From Catajapyx aquilonaris (taxonomy: Eukaryota), in NCBI GenBank assembly GCA_000934665.2, contig JYFJ02001568.1, forward strand, positions 1-64,000: DNA of 64,000 nucleotides, in the 5' to 3' direction. Shown here one piece after another: positions 38,221 to 51,410 of the stretch (positions within the stretch are counted from its first letter, which is position 1; each line of letters starts with the position of its first letter). Below the pieces are notes generated by a model. The model saw only the letters and a program-made list of their open reading frames with translations, ran no database searches and had not been told where the DNA came from. The position numbers were made by a program, and so were the translations under genes.

Positions 38221-40649
38221 GACGGGTCGAGACTGTCCTCTCTACCGGCCCCCACCCAGACCCGGGGTCACTCCGGGCCTGGGTCACCACAGATTGCCAA
38301 GATCAATTTCTGACCCTTCCTTCTAGAGACATTGTCACAGGGTCACTCGCGCACTTGTACACTGAGCACACCATCACTGCTGAAACATTTTGGATGAAAC
38401 ATTAATATCACACAACATGACAATTCCGTTGTAATTATTGTTAACTTGGAAATTTTTTTGATAACAGTACTTACCTGATTGGAACATGTGGACAGCAGTA
38501 TTCTCCATGGCGAGGTCCATGAGGGGACTGATTCCTCTTTGCCAACTTGGTCCCACTGACTGTGCCGCCACCGCACAGCCGCGAGAGGACTCTGCCCGCA
38601 TTTTTTTTTTCTTCTTCTTCTTCTCTCTTCGTTTCAGCCCCTCCTGCCCCTTGCACCCTTCTCAAGGGCCAAATGGAAGCAGAGAGCCAGCGACCACTCG
38701 GCCAGGGGCGGGCAATCAAGGTGGATGGTTGCCCGCAAGGGAATCGCATTCTCCATGCTATCCTCCTAACAATGTTCACACTTTCGATGGGGAGGGTCAT
38801 TTCAGAAAGTGGTTTCGTATTATTTCGTGTCATAAAAATTTCGGGTTAAGTATATGCTATATGACAGTTAGCGGCTGGCAGTAAAGCGGCCGTTGTGCGA
38901 ATTTTTTCAAATAAAAAAAATAAATTAATAATAATAAAAAGTGGTCGACTTGGCTCAAACAACAAGACACTTGGTCACGGTTCACCCTTTTAAGAATGAT
39001 GTAACAGTAGCACGTGTGTGCAAAACATATCTGCAAGGACACTGACCTTCAGCACACAAATTGGGCCTGATCATTCTGCAGAAAATGGATTATGCAAATT
39101 CAAGCTGCAGCCGGTGGAGGTCCACGCCCAATTTGCGATGTGCATAATACATGAAGGCTGCAGCAGCAGGAGCGGTACATACTGAGAACGGCAATGTCTG
39201 GTGTCATCTGTTCCGGAGGAGTGGACCGTGACAATTGCGACATAAACCAGGGGAGAGCGCAGACAATGCGTGTTGACACCTGCTGTCTCGTATTATTTGC
39301 AAGCGATGCGTGACTTTTCAACGAATCACTGCTTGTAAATTGAGTTTCGGGATCGTCCCCCAGTATAAACATTGTCATCAAAATGTTGTGCTTTTTCTGC
39401 TAACCGAGCACCGCCTGCTGCTCCAGACTGTACCGCCTGGTCTCACCCGCGTAATGAACTAATTAAGTATTCGGTTAATGAATGTTCTCCCAGGGGAGAC
39501 AGCAAAAGTGCATTCCCTGATTACATCTCTCATAACTGCAGGGTAAGTGCACTGAGCTCCAGATGTCACTTCTCAAGAAATCCTCAACTATATCAGTCGT
39601 AACCTCTGCCAGGAAATGTGAATGTATTCTATGCTATATGTAGTGCGAAAACGACTCTAGAATAAAGCTTGAGGCAGGTCAACGACATAGATGCTAAAAA
39701 CTACTTGGGTGCAGTCCAGGTAAAGGAGTAGCAAAGATGGACCGCTAGACCTGTTGTCTCTAGGCGTCTAATTGTGCAAAAACACCGCACAAAAAGGGTA
39801 TTAGCCACCATGACACTCTAAGGACACTTAAGATGGTGCTTGCTATAAACAATAATAACTTCCGCACAATGCTTTTCCACGCTTTCGTTCCGCTATTGTA
39901 CCCAAACCAAGACCAAGTCACGTCAAGTACAAAGGTCTCAGAGCAGGGCAATCACATTTGCGATGGACATGGCGACCGGGGAAGATATTCGCATTTTATG
40001 GTCTAACAAGCGGCCTGTGAGTGACAGTTTACATGACAACTGGTTTTGAAAGCCAAAGCAGCCCCACTTCACCTGTATTCCCGTCCCTCACTTGGTCGAG
40101 TGTCTTTTTTCACAACAAACGATGAAAAGATTGCGCCAAAAAAAACCGGATTTGCAAAAGGCAATCCAGCAGATAAGGGTATTTAGACGACACGTTACAC
40201 GTTCAGACTAATGGTAACGGTGTGAAAAAAAAAGTGTGGTACGTGACTAGGGAAAATGTGAACCCCCAGGGCCAACCTTGCCCTCACTTGAGAAAGGCCC
40301 GCGGTTCGAAACTGAATTTATTCAAACCTATCCTCATTCTGTCCCGTAATAATATGTGTCCACATGAAACCGCGCAGGAAGAACCATACTGATGTGTCAC
40401 AACAGCCTGTGAGTTTGGTGAGGTTGGCATGTCCCTCACATTCGTTGGGTTGGGCCCGGTCCAGAGTAGGACCTAAGCCAGAAGTGTGACATTTTCTCTA
40501 TTACCCTTCCAGACAAAACGAGCTAAATATACTGCCAGTAGTTGTTGAGCTGAACGACAGACAACTCTTCCCAACTCCAAATTGAAACGTGCTAACAACC
40601 AGCGACCTTATCAGGGACGAACACTAGCCGCACTAACAGCAGCAACAAG

Positions 40650-40650
<1 letters not shown>

Positions 40651-40721
<71 letters not shown>

Positions 40722-40808
40722 TACTATTACTACTACTACTACTATTATTATTATTACTATTATTACTACTACTACTACTAGTACTACTACTACTACTACT
40801 GCTACTGC

Positions 40809-40872
<64 letters not shown>
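40651..40872. repeat. Compound (ATT)n/(ACT)n microsatellite upstream of MICU3
   Basis: ATT run, mixed ACT/ATT core, then a second ATT run, directly visible. Confidence 0.97.
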
Positions 40873-41075
40873 TGTAGTAGTGTACACTTTTTGAAACAAG
40901 AGTGACTGAACTACTCGTACTTGCTTATTGTGATTCATAACATAATTTATTGTTATTTTGAATATAGACCAGATTAGTCAAGAGTGTTTCAAACTTGGCG
41001 CGTGATACGGCTTCTCCCCAATCGAAATGGCTTCTCTCCGGCGAGCAGCCATTGGGATCAGCTGCTTTGTAAAAG

Positions 41076-43137
41076 ATGGCGGCCAAGAGACTGTTCCGAT
41101 TCCGGGTTCTTCTCGGGTCTTCTCCGGGGCCAAGGGCCTCGTGTCGGCCCCCGGGCAGGGCCATGTCCACATTCAGGAAGACGGCGGGTAGTGGGTACCC
41201 GTGGTGGCTCCTGGCTGGGGGAGGGGTCGCCTGCGCTATGGCTTACAGGGCTTACTCTGGAGGACAGAAGGTGCATGCGGCCAAGGCCAGAAACAGAAAG
41301 GTAAAAAATGTATACTGTCCGTTTTACTTGATAAGAAAAAATAAATTTTAAATAAATTGCATTAAAACTGGCAGTCAAACCCGTTTTTGTGAAATAAATA
41401 AATAACAAAAATGGACATTGCAAGTGGTGATGACAAAAAAAATTGGGATCCCCAACATTGCTACCGAGCGCCACAAATCTGTCTGTTTGGTATTCTGCAA
41501 TGGGCCGTTTTTCAGATACTGTGCATCATACGTGTTGTAATGTGGAAAAGTGTAAACCAGTTTCTTGTCCACTCAGAGTATATTGTAATCCAGTTTATTC
41601 CACTTTTCTCATCACCTTGTGAATACAAATTGCTCTCTTCATGAGTGAATTACTTTTTGAGTACACTAACCCAAAGTAGTGTGCATGTCACATAGTCTTC
41701 GTAATTGGCCTCTTTAGTCACACAATGAGATTCAACTACTAATTGTAAGTCCATGTGCACTGCAAATGGCTTGTGCCATACACCCTCATGTCATGATCAA
41801 TGCTTTTGACAGCCTTTAATTCTGCCACATTGACACAGAATATATTTGTTTGGCTCTACAAAGGATCTATAGCCTATAAATTGTACATGATGAGAGTTAG
41901 TCAGCCTGGAGTGCAGAGTGATATGTAGTCAGTCTGGTCCATGGCCAACTCATGTGGGGTTCAATATCTCCCCTCCCAAGGTGAATTTTTGCATGTGGGA
42001 GGAACTAATCCGCTTTTAAAATGCGACAGATACCTTCATTGTCCACGTCCAGCGGGCTTCAGGTATAGGTCTCCACCCCTCAACTCCCACTGATAGAGCA
42101 ATTACACCGCAACCTATTTGGACTGAGAAAATAATCTGCATATCATGCCTTGATGGTATCAGCCGAAGCAAAACTCTTTCACGGCCAGTAGAGGCCAACC
42201 CCTCTGGGGAAAAAGGGGGCACACAAGTTATATTTTAGTCTACATGTCAGCATGTAAATATGGACAAAAATGTTCCAACAAATCAAATGAATATATTTTT
42301 GAAGTGACATATGACATTTGTCATGCCTGTATTTTTAAGAGTAACGGTATCATTTGGATTGAAATAAGATGAAATCACATTTCATATTGAGATCACACGT
42401 GGTCTTTTGCTGTGATGTTATTTGTGAACATCCTGCTTTCTCTATAAAATTATTCATCTCCTGTTGATTTTTTTATTATTATTTAAAAAAAATTGAAATC
42501 GATAAGAAGCCGCGGATGGAAACGGGAGCCTCGAAATAAGCAAAAAAATGTCCGCCGGGTAAATCAAACAGGCCAAACACGTGTTCCCCATTTGGCCCGA
42601 GGTTCCGCCTAATTAGTACTGCTCCAAGATGGAATTTTTTTTTTGTGTTGTTCCTGTTTGTTGTGTTCAGCTTTTATTTTTTGAGCCAGGTCGAGGATGA
42701 AGGCAGGTCGGGTCTCTCCTTTTTACCAACCTTTACCTGCCAGCACCGTTTCTCACAATCCGCCTCTTTCCATCCAGACCACCGCAATTTCATCTTCAAA
42801 TATTTTTTTTGTTTGTTGGCAACCCAGCCTTGCCCACGAGCTGCTGGCATGTAATGTCGCAGGGTTGTCACATCCAGGATTTATTGAACAAGTGCCCAAT
42901 CCACCTGTAAGTCACCTATGACCACAAACAATTAGTCTGCGCATCTCCAGCAAACCGAAAGTGAATGCCGAATTTGGGTGGCCAAGGACACCCAGTGCTG
43001 GTCGACACCTGACAAATCACATTCTGGTCAATAGGTCATGAAGGTGGTCACTTGCATTTGGTACCTGCTGGGTAATTAATTAATTACGGCACTAGTGTTG
43101 CCACACGCTCTCAAATAACCCTTATGTAAAATAGTGC

Positions 43138-43194
<57 letters not shown>

Positions 43195-46100
43195 GTAATA
43201 ATAATAATAATAATATACCGTCTGGCGTCGCTATCGCTCCAGTGATACCAATCCCGAATTTAGTGCCAATGGATGGGGTTGCCAAGCGCCGAAGGCGCGC
43301 AATGGGGGAGAAGCCCAACAGCCCAGTGCTAATAGCCATATGCCTAATTTTAATAGCTACACTAAAAATTTGAAATGCGTATGAGCCTACACACTATGGT
43401 TACATTTTTAAGGCCTAATGTAATTTTGTTTATTTTAATAATTATGTCAAATTTTGTAGATACAAGTGGCAACCGGGTTAGGAATGCGTGGACCTTACAT
43501 GTTATGCCACCAACCCGCACGCTCCTAGCTTGCGCGATGCTCCGGGTACTTTATTACAAGGAAAGGCCGTAACCGCCTTGATTATAATAATTTTTTGGAG
43601 GGCCCCCACCTTCTCGATCTTGCCGATTTGGAAGGAATGTTTTTTTTTCTTTTCTTTTCTTTTCTTTTCTTCCTTGTTGGATTGCCGTCAAAGTGGGCCG
43701 AATTCCTTTGATTCCTCTCAGCATGCGAGTTATTTACAATGCGGCCGATTTCATGACAGATATACCAAAAAATAATCTTAAGATCGTGTGCTCGAAATTC
43801 TTGGGTAAGAGTGAGGGAAAAAAATGTTCATGGCCAGTAGGTCAAATTTAGTGATATTGCCACGAATTTTTTTTTTCCAATAATTATTCACATCACTGTG
43901 ACGCCTTATGAACTTCTAACGCTGGACGAAATTTTGAAATGACTGATGTGAACAAGTGTGGTATGCTAATGAGCTGTAAGTTAAAATAGACGCTATTGTA
44001 TCTATAGGAATTCCAGCTAAGGTGCACGACCCCATGTCTCCAATGAGCTCACCTGCCCGATATTGGGTTGCGACAGTCATAGAAATGGACAACAATGTGA
44101 CTGACTCCAGACGCAATATCTTAAGGGAAGAACTTTTGGCTCGACTTTCAACAGATTACAATCAGAGGATCGTAAAAGCATCCAGGAAAAGATGAATTCC
44201 CCTTTTGGGGATTGCTTCTCTGAAGCACCCTATTCTTTTTTTCTCTCTCTCGAATCGGAATCTTCTTCATCCAACCGACGAATAAAACCCGGATTCAAAC
44301 CCGGACCCCGGTTGAGATGTCTTATTTAGTTATTTTGTGAGTTCAAAGTCAGTCCCCCCCCCCTTTCTACCCCCCCCAAAAAAGTACCCTGGCTGAAGAA
44401 AGGAATGCGGCGGAATGATTGGGATCAGACCACCATGTAGAGAAAAAGAACCTTTAAAAAAAATGTTTCCAAAGGAGGTGTGCATCATCTTTTTGGGGGG
44501 GGGGCGCCGCCCCTGAGGGGGTTTTTTCCTTATTTTTTCTTATAACCTGGGCGGTTAGACGTCTTTAGAAAAAGGGGGAGAAAAAAAAAAAATCTATTTT
44601 TCAAATTAGGTTATTTGGGCCAGGCGGCTGTGGACGTCAAAGGTAACCAGTGCATTTTTTAAAGATATAGCTCAGAATTTTTTTTGAGGAACCAATGCAT
44701 AACTCTAGCTACAGGCACTCACGCGAAGGGACTGCCCAATTGACCTTTGAGGGGGGTTTTTGAAGTAAAGTGCCCTCAACGTGCAATTGACCTCCAAAAG
44801 TGGACACAAAAGCCAGTTTTTGGAATTTACAGACGGGGTGTCATGCTGTCAGCAACGGACAGTTTTCAGGGGGGGTTGTCTTCTCATAAAGTGTGTGCCG
44901 CTCTAGACCCCGATTTCACCACCACAATTTGTACGGTGAATTGTCCACACCAGCAACCCCAGTCCTTCCGTGGTGGTCTCCCCTTGCATTTCGGCGGCGC
45001 CTTTAGCAGTAAATTTATCCTCAGACGCCCTGCTTGGGGGGGCTTGACACCAAGTGATGAATGCTCCTTGTCCTTCCTCAGGAATCCATCTTTTACAGAA
45101 AAAAAAACTAGTAGGGGGGGGGAAAAGATGTTAACTCAATTTCTGTTGAAGGATATACGAGACACTGGCGCCACGTGACACTTTCGACCATTGAAATCGC
45201 CATATTTGACGCTGGAATTTTTCATTCTTTTCAAATTATTTAGGGTGGTCCTTTCCGTTCAAGGACGACCTTGTTTGTGGTCATGACGGACGCCATCTTT
45301 GATAGGTGACTTTCGACGCTTCACCTGGGGTTACACGCTTTTGTGATGTTTATTTCCCAGGGGCGGTTGGGTAGGCACCAAGCAGGAGGGGGGTTCTTCA
45401 GCTGCCTCCAGGTGCAGATGGCCCCCAGAAAAAGTTCCTTATTCAACCTTCCAGCCTAAATACCTACCCACCTACTGATTTACTAGAGACCCGCCGTTCT
45501 GTACAAAGGAGAGCGCGTGCTGGGGGTTTTCCGCCTTTATTGCACCGCTTTTATTGGCCAGATTTTCCCATCCAACCACGACGGGATAAACAAAAATTTG
45601 TCCACTAACTAGTTGGACCATATCTGGAAATCTGGCACGAAAAATGCGGAAAATATGGCCATGTAGCAGACCTGAAATTTTTTTCAGATCTGCTACCTTA
45701 CTCCAGTATATGAACTGTAATTGCCACGACCTGACACTAATAGGAATAACAGTTCACCTAAATCCGCTTGGACAACAAATAAAATCCGACAAAGGACAGG
45801 AAGGACCACCCTGGTGGAGGATTAGTCCATTGACGGATTTTGGGGACATATTTTCTGGAATCCGCTTTTCGTGTGAATGGATTGCTGACAACCACTGCCA
45901 TCCCTTTTTTTGAAACAGGATGACGATTTGATGAAGGCGGTGAAGTTGACGTCTCGTGAGCGACGGTTCATCAAGTTTGCGTCGGTGGAATATGACGGAC
46001 AGATATACATGACACCACAGGATTTTCTGGAGAGCGTCGTCGAAGCTGAACCTAGACGTATGTTCAAATTTTTTTTTAAAGTATATCCATAGTGTAAAGT

Positions 46101-49100
46101 GACACAACTGTTTATTACAACAGCGAGACTAAAGAGACGCCTGCTGAACGACGCAGATCTGGAAAAAATAAAGGACTACACGCCATCAATGCGACGTGGT
46201 ACACCACAAATGTTCCGCAACCTGAGAGACAGAGGTATGGCCATACTCTCTGAACACTATAACATGTTTTTTTTTTAAACATATATATTTTCAGGCATTA
46301 TTTCCTACACGGAATATCTCTTCCTCCTGTCCATTTTGACACGTAAGTACCTCAAGTTCTGGAAAGTCGTGACCGTATACATGTAAATCCCGTAATTTAT
46401 GGTTCAGGTCCCCAATCCGGATTTCGCATCGCGTTCAACATGTTCGACACCGATGGCAACGAAAGAGTGGACAAGAAGGAATTTCTTGTGGTAAGCCAAT
46501 CAATTTTAAGGGTGAATCGCGACCAGACGCCCCCATTTATGGACTTGTTATTCATCACTTGAGGAGGTCAACAAGCAAGCAAAACATAGCCTTTAAAATC
46601 GATTATGTGCAGTCGTCGAATTTCGCCCTTGAACTTGAATCCGCTATTTTGGGACGTCTTAAACAGCATGTTTTTAATTGCGCGAAACTTTTTTTGACAT
46701 GCAAATTACACGTTGCGGATTTGGCAGCATGTGGGCAGAGGTCCCCTCCCGATTTGCCGGTTGCCCTTTTTTGGAAGGGAGGGTCATTATTGCGAATACG
46801 TGATGGGAATGTTGGTGATCGCATTAACGGTGGTTTTTTGTTATCTGTGGGTAGATAGATCTTTGTTATTTATAGATTCGGCAGCTGATGGCCGGAGTTC
46901 TGAAGAAGATGATGGACGAGTCCCACGACCCACTCACGAGAAAGGCTGTGAGTTTTGAGTACTGGGTGTTTCGTAATTGGACGGCCGGAAGTGCGCCGAT
47001 TTTATGTTGGAAAATGTAAAATGACGATGAGGACACAATCGCACCTTTTAATAATTGCGGTAATGACTGTTAAAAAAACCCATGTCGTAAAGAAGTAACT
47101 GTGTGAATGAGTTTGTGGTACACCACATGTGAGAAAAGCGTGTGGTGCATTTTAAGTAAAATATACACAGCAGTATTTTGCGAAGAAATCTTCAAAATCA
47201 TTAAATTATAGCAGTACAGCGCAATGAAAAAAGGAGATGCTAAAGCTCACGTAAGAAAAAGAAGTGGTTGTGTGAATAGGCCTTTAAACATGGTATGTAA
47301 CAATGAATAACAATAATTACAAATTGCTTATTATGTAGCTACATGATAATTAAGATGCTTTTCACATATATGGTGGCCACATATCGTCACTCTACAGTCT
47401 TCATTTTTCCGGCACTTAGCCTTGTGGTCGTGCAATTATGAAACGCCTCTGTAAAAGAAGCCTGTGGCGTCCGAGTCCGATGTGCACCATTCATCGCAAT
47501 ACCTTGTGTGCATAACCGTCACTTGCTGTTAACCCAGTGATGTTTCAGGCCAGGGGGGTCCGACCTTGACTCAATCCGTGATTCCAGGCGGAAATTCCGC
47601 TTCAGGGTCGGACACCTCGGTTGCAGCAGCCCGACATGTTCAGTGTCTCCTGCTGACCACTTTCTCGTTGCAGAGTGTCCTAAATGTCTTTCTGTGTTTT
47701 AGCTGCGGCGCCTCATCAGAGTGTCCGAGTTGCAAAAGATCGGCAAGCAGAACAAGGTTGTTTTGGTTTTTGGTTACTAATTGAGATGCTGGCGTGACGT
47801 GCTTGGGTGTGCCATGTTACAAGTTTGTTATTTTTTTGGGCGGCTAACAGTTGTTTTGAAAGTGTGCGGAATGACACTGAAAAATGCTAATCCTGATTTT
47901 TATGGTGCCATCTCACGGGTGAGAACGCTATTCCAAGAACCTTCAAACATGGTTCCTTGCCCATAACTCCTGCTGGACACACGGAACGGGATGGACAAAA
48001 AGCTGCATTTTTCTGTGTTGGGAATGACCTTTAAAAAAAGGCTATGAAATCCCCCAGTTGATTGTTCCTTCCCATGCAAAGTACCGTTTCCCATTTTACA
48101 ACCATTTAAATCACTGAATCTATGTCATTAATTTTGTGGCTTTTGCTTACCTTTCAGACGCGTGTTCCATGATAGTCACCTAACGAAGCATGGCCGGGGA
48201 AATAATTGTGCCCCTATTTTCAGCTGGAGAAAATATTCAGCAATGCCTGGAAGGACAAAAGGGGCTTGGTGCCAAAACCAGATGGGAAGGATGGCGAAGA
48301 AGGTGATGATAAGCCAGGTGAGCCACCAGCAGAAGGGGAGGACAACACTCCAGAAGAAGAAGATTACGTGGATGATGAGCAAGGCTTGCAAAGACGTCAT
48401 GTCGTGGACACTACTCTGCTGGTCCACTTTTTTGGCAAGAGAGGCAGGCATGAACTGCGCTACGAAGATTTCCGGCGGTTCATGGAGAACCTGCAAACTG
48501 AGGTCCTGGAATTGGAATTTTTTGAGTTTTCAAAGGGACAGCCAACCATTTCGGAGATGGATTTTGCCAAGATCCTCCTCAGATACACATACCTGGATAT
48601 GGATGAGTATGCTGAGAATTTTTCTTATAGCACGTGAAGAGTAACGCTGCGCATGACTTTTGACCATCTCAGAGCATCCTGTATTAATACTACTTCTCTC
48701 AAGGTATGAAATGTATTTGGATCGACTGATGGATCGTATCAAGGAGGAAAAAGGAATCCACTTCCTGGAATTCAAGGCATTTTTCCAGTTTCTGAACAAT
48801 CTGGAGGACTTTTCGATTGCAATGAGAATGTACACTCTGACTGAGAGACCCATATCTCAAGGTAATAGTTCACTTTGTTACCTGCCATATTGCCGTCAAT
48901 GAGTGTTTAATTTATTTATTAAAATGAGGCTAATATCTTCTGAATTGAATTTTGTTCACAGAGGAATTTCAGCGGGCAGTCAAAATTTGCACTGGCACCA
49001 GTCTGAGTGCACATCTGGTCCGGACTGTTTTCCAAATCTTTGATGATGATGGTGATGGTCAGCTGAGCTACAGGGAGTTCATAGCAATCATGAAGGATCG

Positions 49101-49248
49101 ACTTCATCGTGGATTCAAGGTTAGTTTGTAACTTGCAATCAAAATTCAGCAGGAATTTCATCACCGACTTCTCTTTCAGTCGTATGCCAAAAACGAAGGC
49201 TGGGATGCCTTCAAATCATGCGTGAAGCAGGAAATGAAGAGTTTGTAA
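41076..49248 (+). CDS. MICU3: Mitochondrial calcium uptake protein 3 (MICU2/3 family, EF-hand)
   Basis: Exons: 41076-41300, 45919-46057, 46124-46234, 46295-46342, 46408-46490, [46876-46947], [47703-47756], 48224-48606, 48704-48861, 48962-49119, 49180-49248. The N-terminus is an Arg-rich mitochondrial presequence. Motifs: SRERRFIKFASVEYDGQIYMTPQDFLESV, GIISYTEYLFLLSILT, EF-hands FNMFDTDGNERVDKKEF and FQIFDDDGDGQLSYREFIAIMKDRLHRG, and C-terminal FKSCVKQEM. Confidence 0.93.
43139..43215. repeat. (AAT)n microsatellite in MICU3 intron 1
   Basis: AAT run with one AGT interruption. Confidence 0.95.
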
Positions 49249-49739
49249 CTCCATTACTAAAGTGCCAAGTGCTGTAGTGCCATTTCTTCCACTTCAATTG
49301 TTATCTCTATGCATTATCGTTGCAGGTTCATAACAGGTGCCAAATTATGGATGGGGTCAGGAGACATGGAGAGTTTATCGCCACTTTCTAGTCATTAACC
49401 AGCAATTAAGAAATTGCTTAAATCAGTTTGTACTTAATTGGGTCATTCATAAGTTACTTTGTGTGGCAGTTAATATTTCATACTATTCATAATCCACAAT
49501 CTAACATTATCATGCGCAATATACATGCACCATAATTCACCATATGCTTAGAGTAGTAAGTCACTAACCAGCATGTGTGGATAGAAGAGCTGACTTGTCT
49601 AAAAGGACGCACTGAAGTATGGATGAAGTTCTACACGTCACAACTACACTGCCATCATTTCGAAAACATTCCATCTGCACATAGCAGTAAAGTCGAGTTT
49701 CTAGGTGAGTTGCTTGGAAATTCAAACCTTACCACTATA

Positions 49740-50163
49740 CAGGGTGTATCTGAACTCAGTGCCCCGACGTATATGACTGCCTTCCTAGCCACCAGAGGAT
49801 CGATTTAAGTATAGGAGTCATATGTCTGGGCAGCCTCATTACTGAGATACACTCTTTAGCGATTTTTGCCTAATCGCTCCTTCCGACTTTTAAATATAAT
49901 TTTCTGGTGTAACTAGCCAAAGAGGCCTTACCACCTGTGGGCAACAAACCAACAAAGTCCAGCCCCCAGACCTTCCTGAGCCTTCCCACTGGGGGAGGGT
50001 TCGATGGGTGGCCTAACCGACAGGATATTTTGTACTACATGTTTGCGGCCAATTATCTCCGTAATGAGGCTGCCCAGACATATGACTCCTATACTTAAAT
50101 CGATCCTCTGGTGGCTAGGAAGGCAGTTATATACGTCGGGGCACTGAGTTCAGATACACCCTG
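49740..50163. mobile_element. Tc1/mariner-type MITE, 424 bp, about 110-bp terminal inverted repeats, TA target-site duplication
   Basis: The left end, TA|CAGGGTGTATCTGAACTCAGTGCCCCGACG...GCAGCCTCATTAC, is the reverse complement of the right end, GTAATGAGGCTGC...CTGAGTTCAGATACACCCTG|TA. I counted 2 mismatches over about 110 bp. There is no transposase ORF inside. Confidence 0.92.
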
Positions 50164-51410
50164 TATACAGATCTATGCTTCTCGAAATGATGGTAATATA
50201 TGTACAAGAAAAACAGTCCATTTTGGACCAATTTCAGCATCATCCTAATGGCAGACAAAAGCCATCCAACGGCTATTATTACAAAAAAAATATATGGGCC
50301 CATATTTATGTGATGTTTCACCAGAGGTGGGATGGATTTAATTTCTTTTCTTCACACAGGATTTGTGCAAGGGCAATATTCACTTGAGACCTGTTTCAAA
50401 CCTAAGTCGAAAGTAATCAACTGAGCCTAGGTGGGTTATTAACATTGCAACGAAGAAACCTTTAAGCCACAGCTGAGAGTACACAATGTAATTCACATCC
50501 ACTTCAGGCAGACTCGACCTGGAACCTGGCTCTTTTTGACTTTATTATTTTGCTGAAACTGTTCATCTTTGCACTGCTTCCAAGAAATGGCACATCCATT
50601 AGATATCCATCACAAAAGTATCCGTGTCACAATTTAAAAATCTAATCATTGTGCCTATTCTTTCCCAGAAAATGTATGACTGGATTTCCCAACAATTAAT
50701 AGCAATGACAACAGGATGTCAAGCAAAACGTGTGATGGTGCAGCCCAGCCTAAGTCATATCAAAATGGTCAAAGGCCCCAATTTTTGTTTGTGTGGTGCC
50801 CGAATTATTTGTAAGCCAGGTTAAGTCTCCCCATCTGTAACCTATGGAAGTTCCCTGCAAAAACATCCTCAAGTTTTTAGATTACGTTATAAACCGAAAG
50901 TTGGCAAGTAATGACGTAATGAGTAACGCAAAATACTGCTTTGCACGTAATAAATCTCTCTATCCCAATACACTAACTACCAAATGTAATGGTTGTGAAT
51001 GCATTCTAGTGATTATTTGTACTTGATTCATAATTTATGAATGCCCCCATGCCAACTTTATCATTGCTTGTACATGTTAAGAAATGAAAATCGCTATATA
51101 CACAACAGTGTTGTTATTACTAGGCTTAAATTACATATGTTGCTTGTCTATGTTCTAGGTACAACAAAAGTTAGTGGAACATATGAGCTCACAAAACTAT
51201 GCTGAAGAGAACACCTTCAACATGGAAAGCACAAGAGCCAGGTTTGTACTCTTGACGCGAAAGCTTTGCAATCTGCTCTAGAGCAAGAGTTTTGGGCTAC
51301 CCCGGGGGGGAGGGAAACAAAATTCCACACATACATTTAGACACAAAATACTGTGGGCCCAACATTTCAGTACGTAACGTGTAACAGCTGCAATTCTTGT
51401 CACAATGGTC

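Noticed and set aside
40582..40938. Poly-Ile/poly-Asn ORFs (also poly-Tyr at 19220-19516 and poly-Asn/poly-Leu at 43076-43373)
   Set aside because: Translations of microsatellites.
43215..43450. Helentron/DINE-like motif (GCGCCGAAGGCGC hairpin next to a microsatellite); similar ACTAG-starting segments at about 14351 and 45482
   Set aside because: Suggestive only; element boundaries and a second copy cannot be shown from this window.
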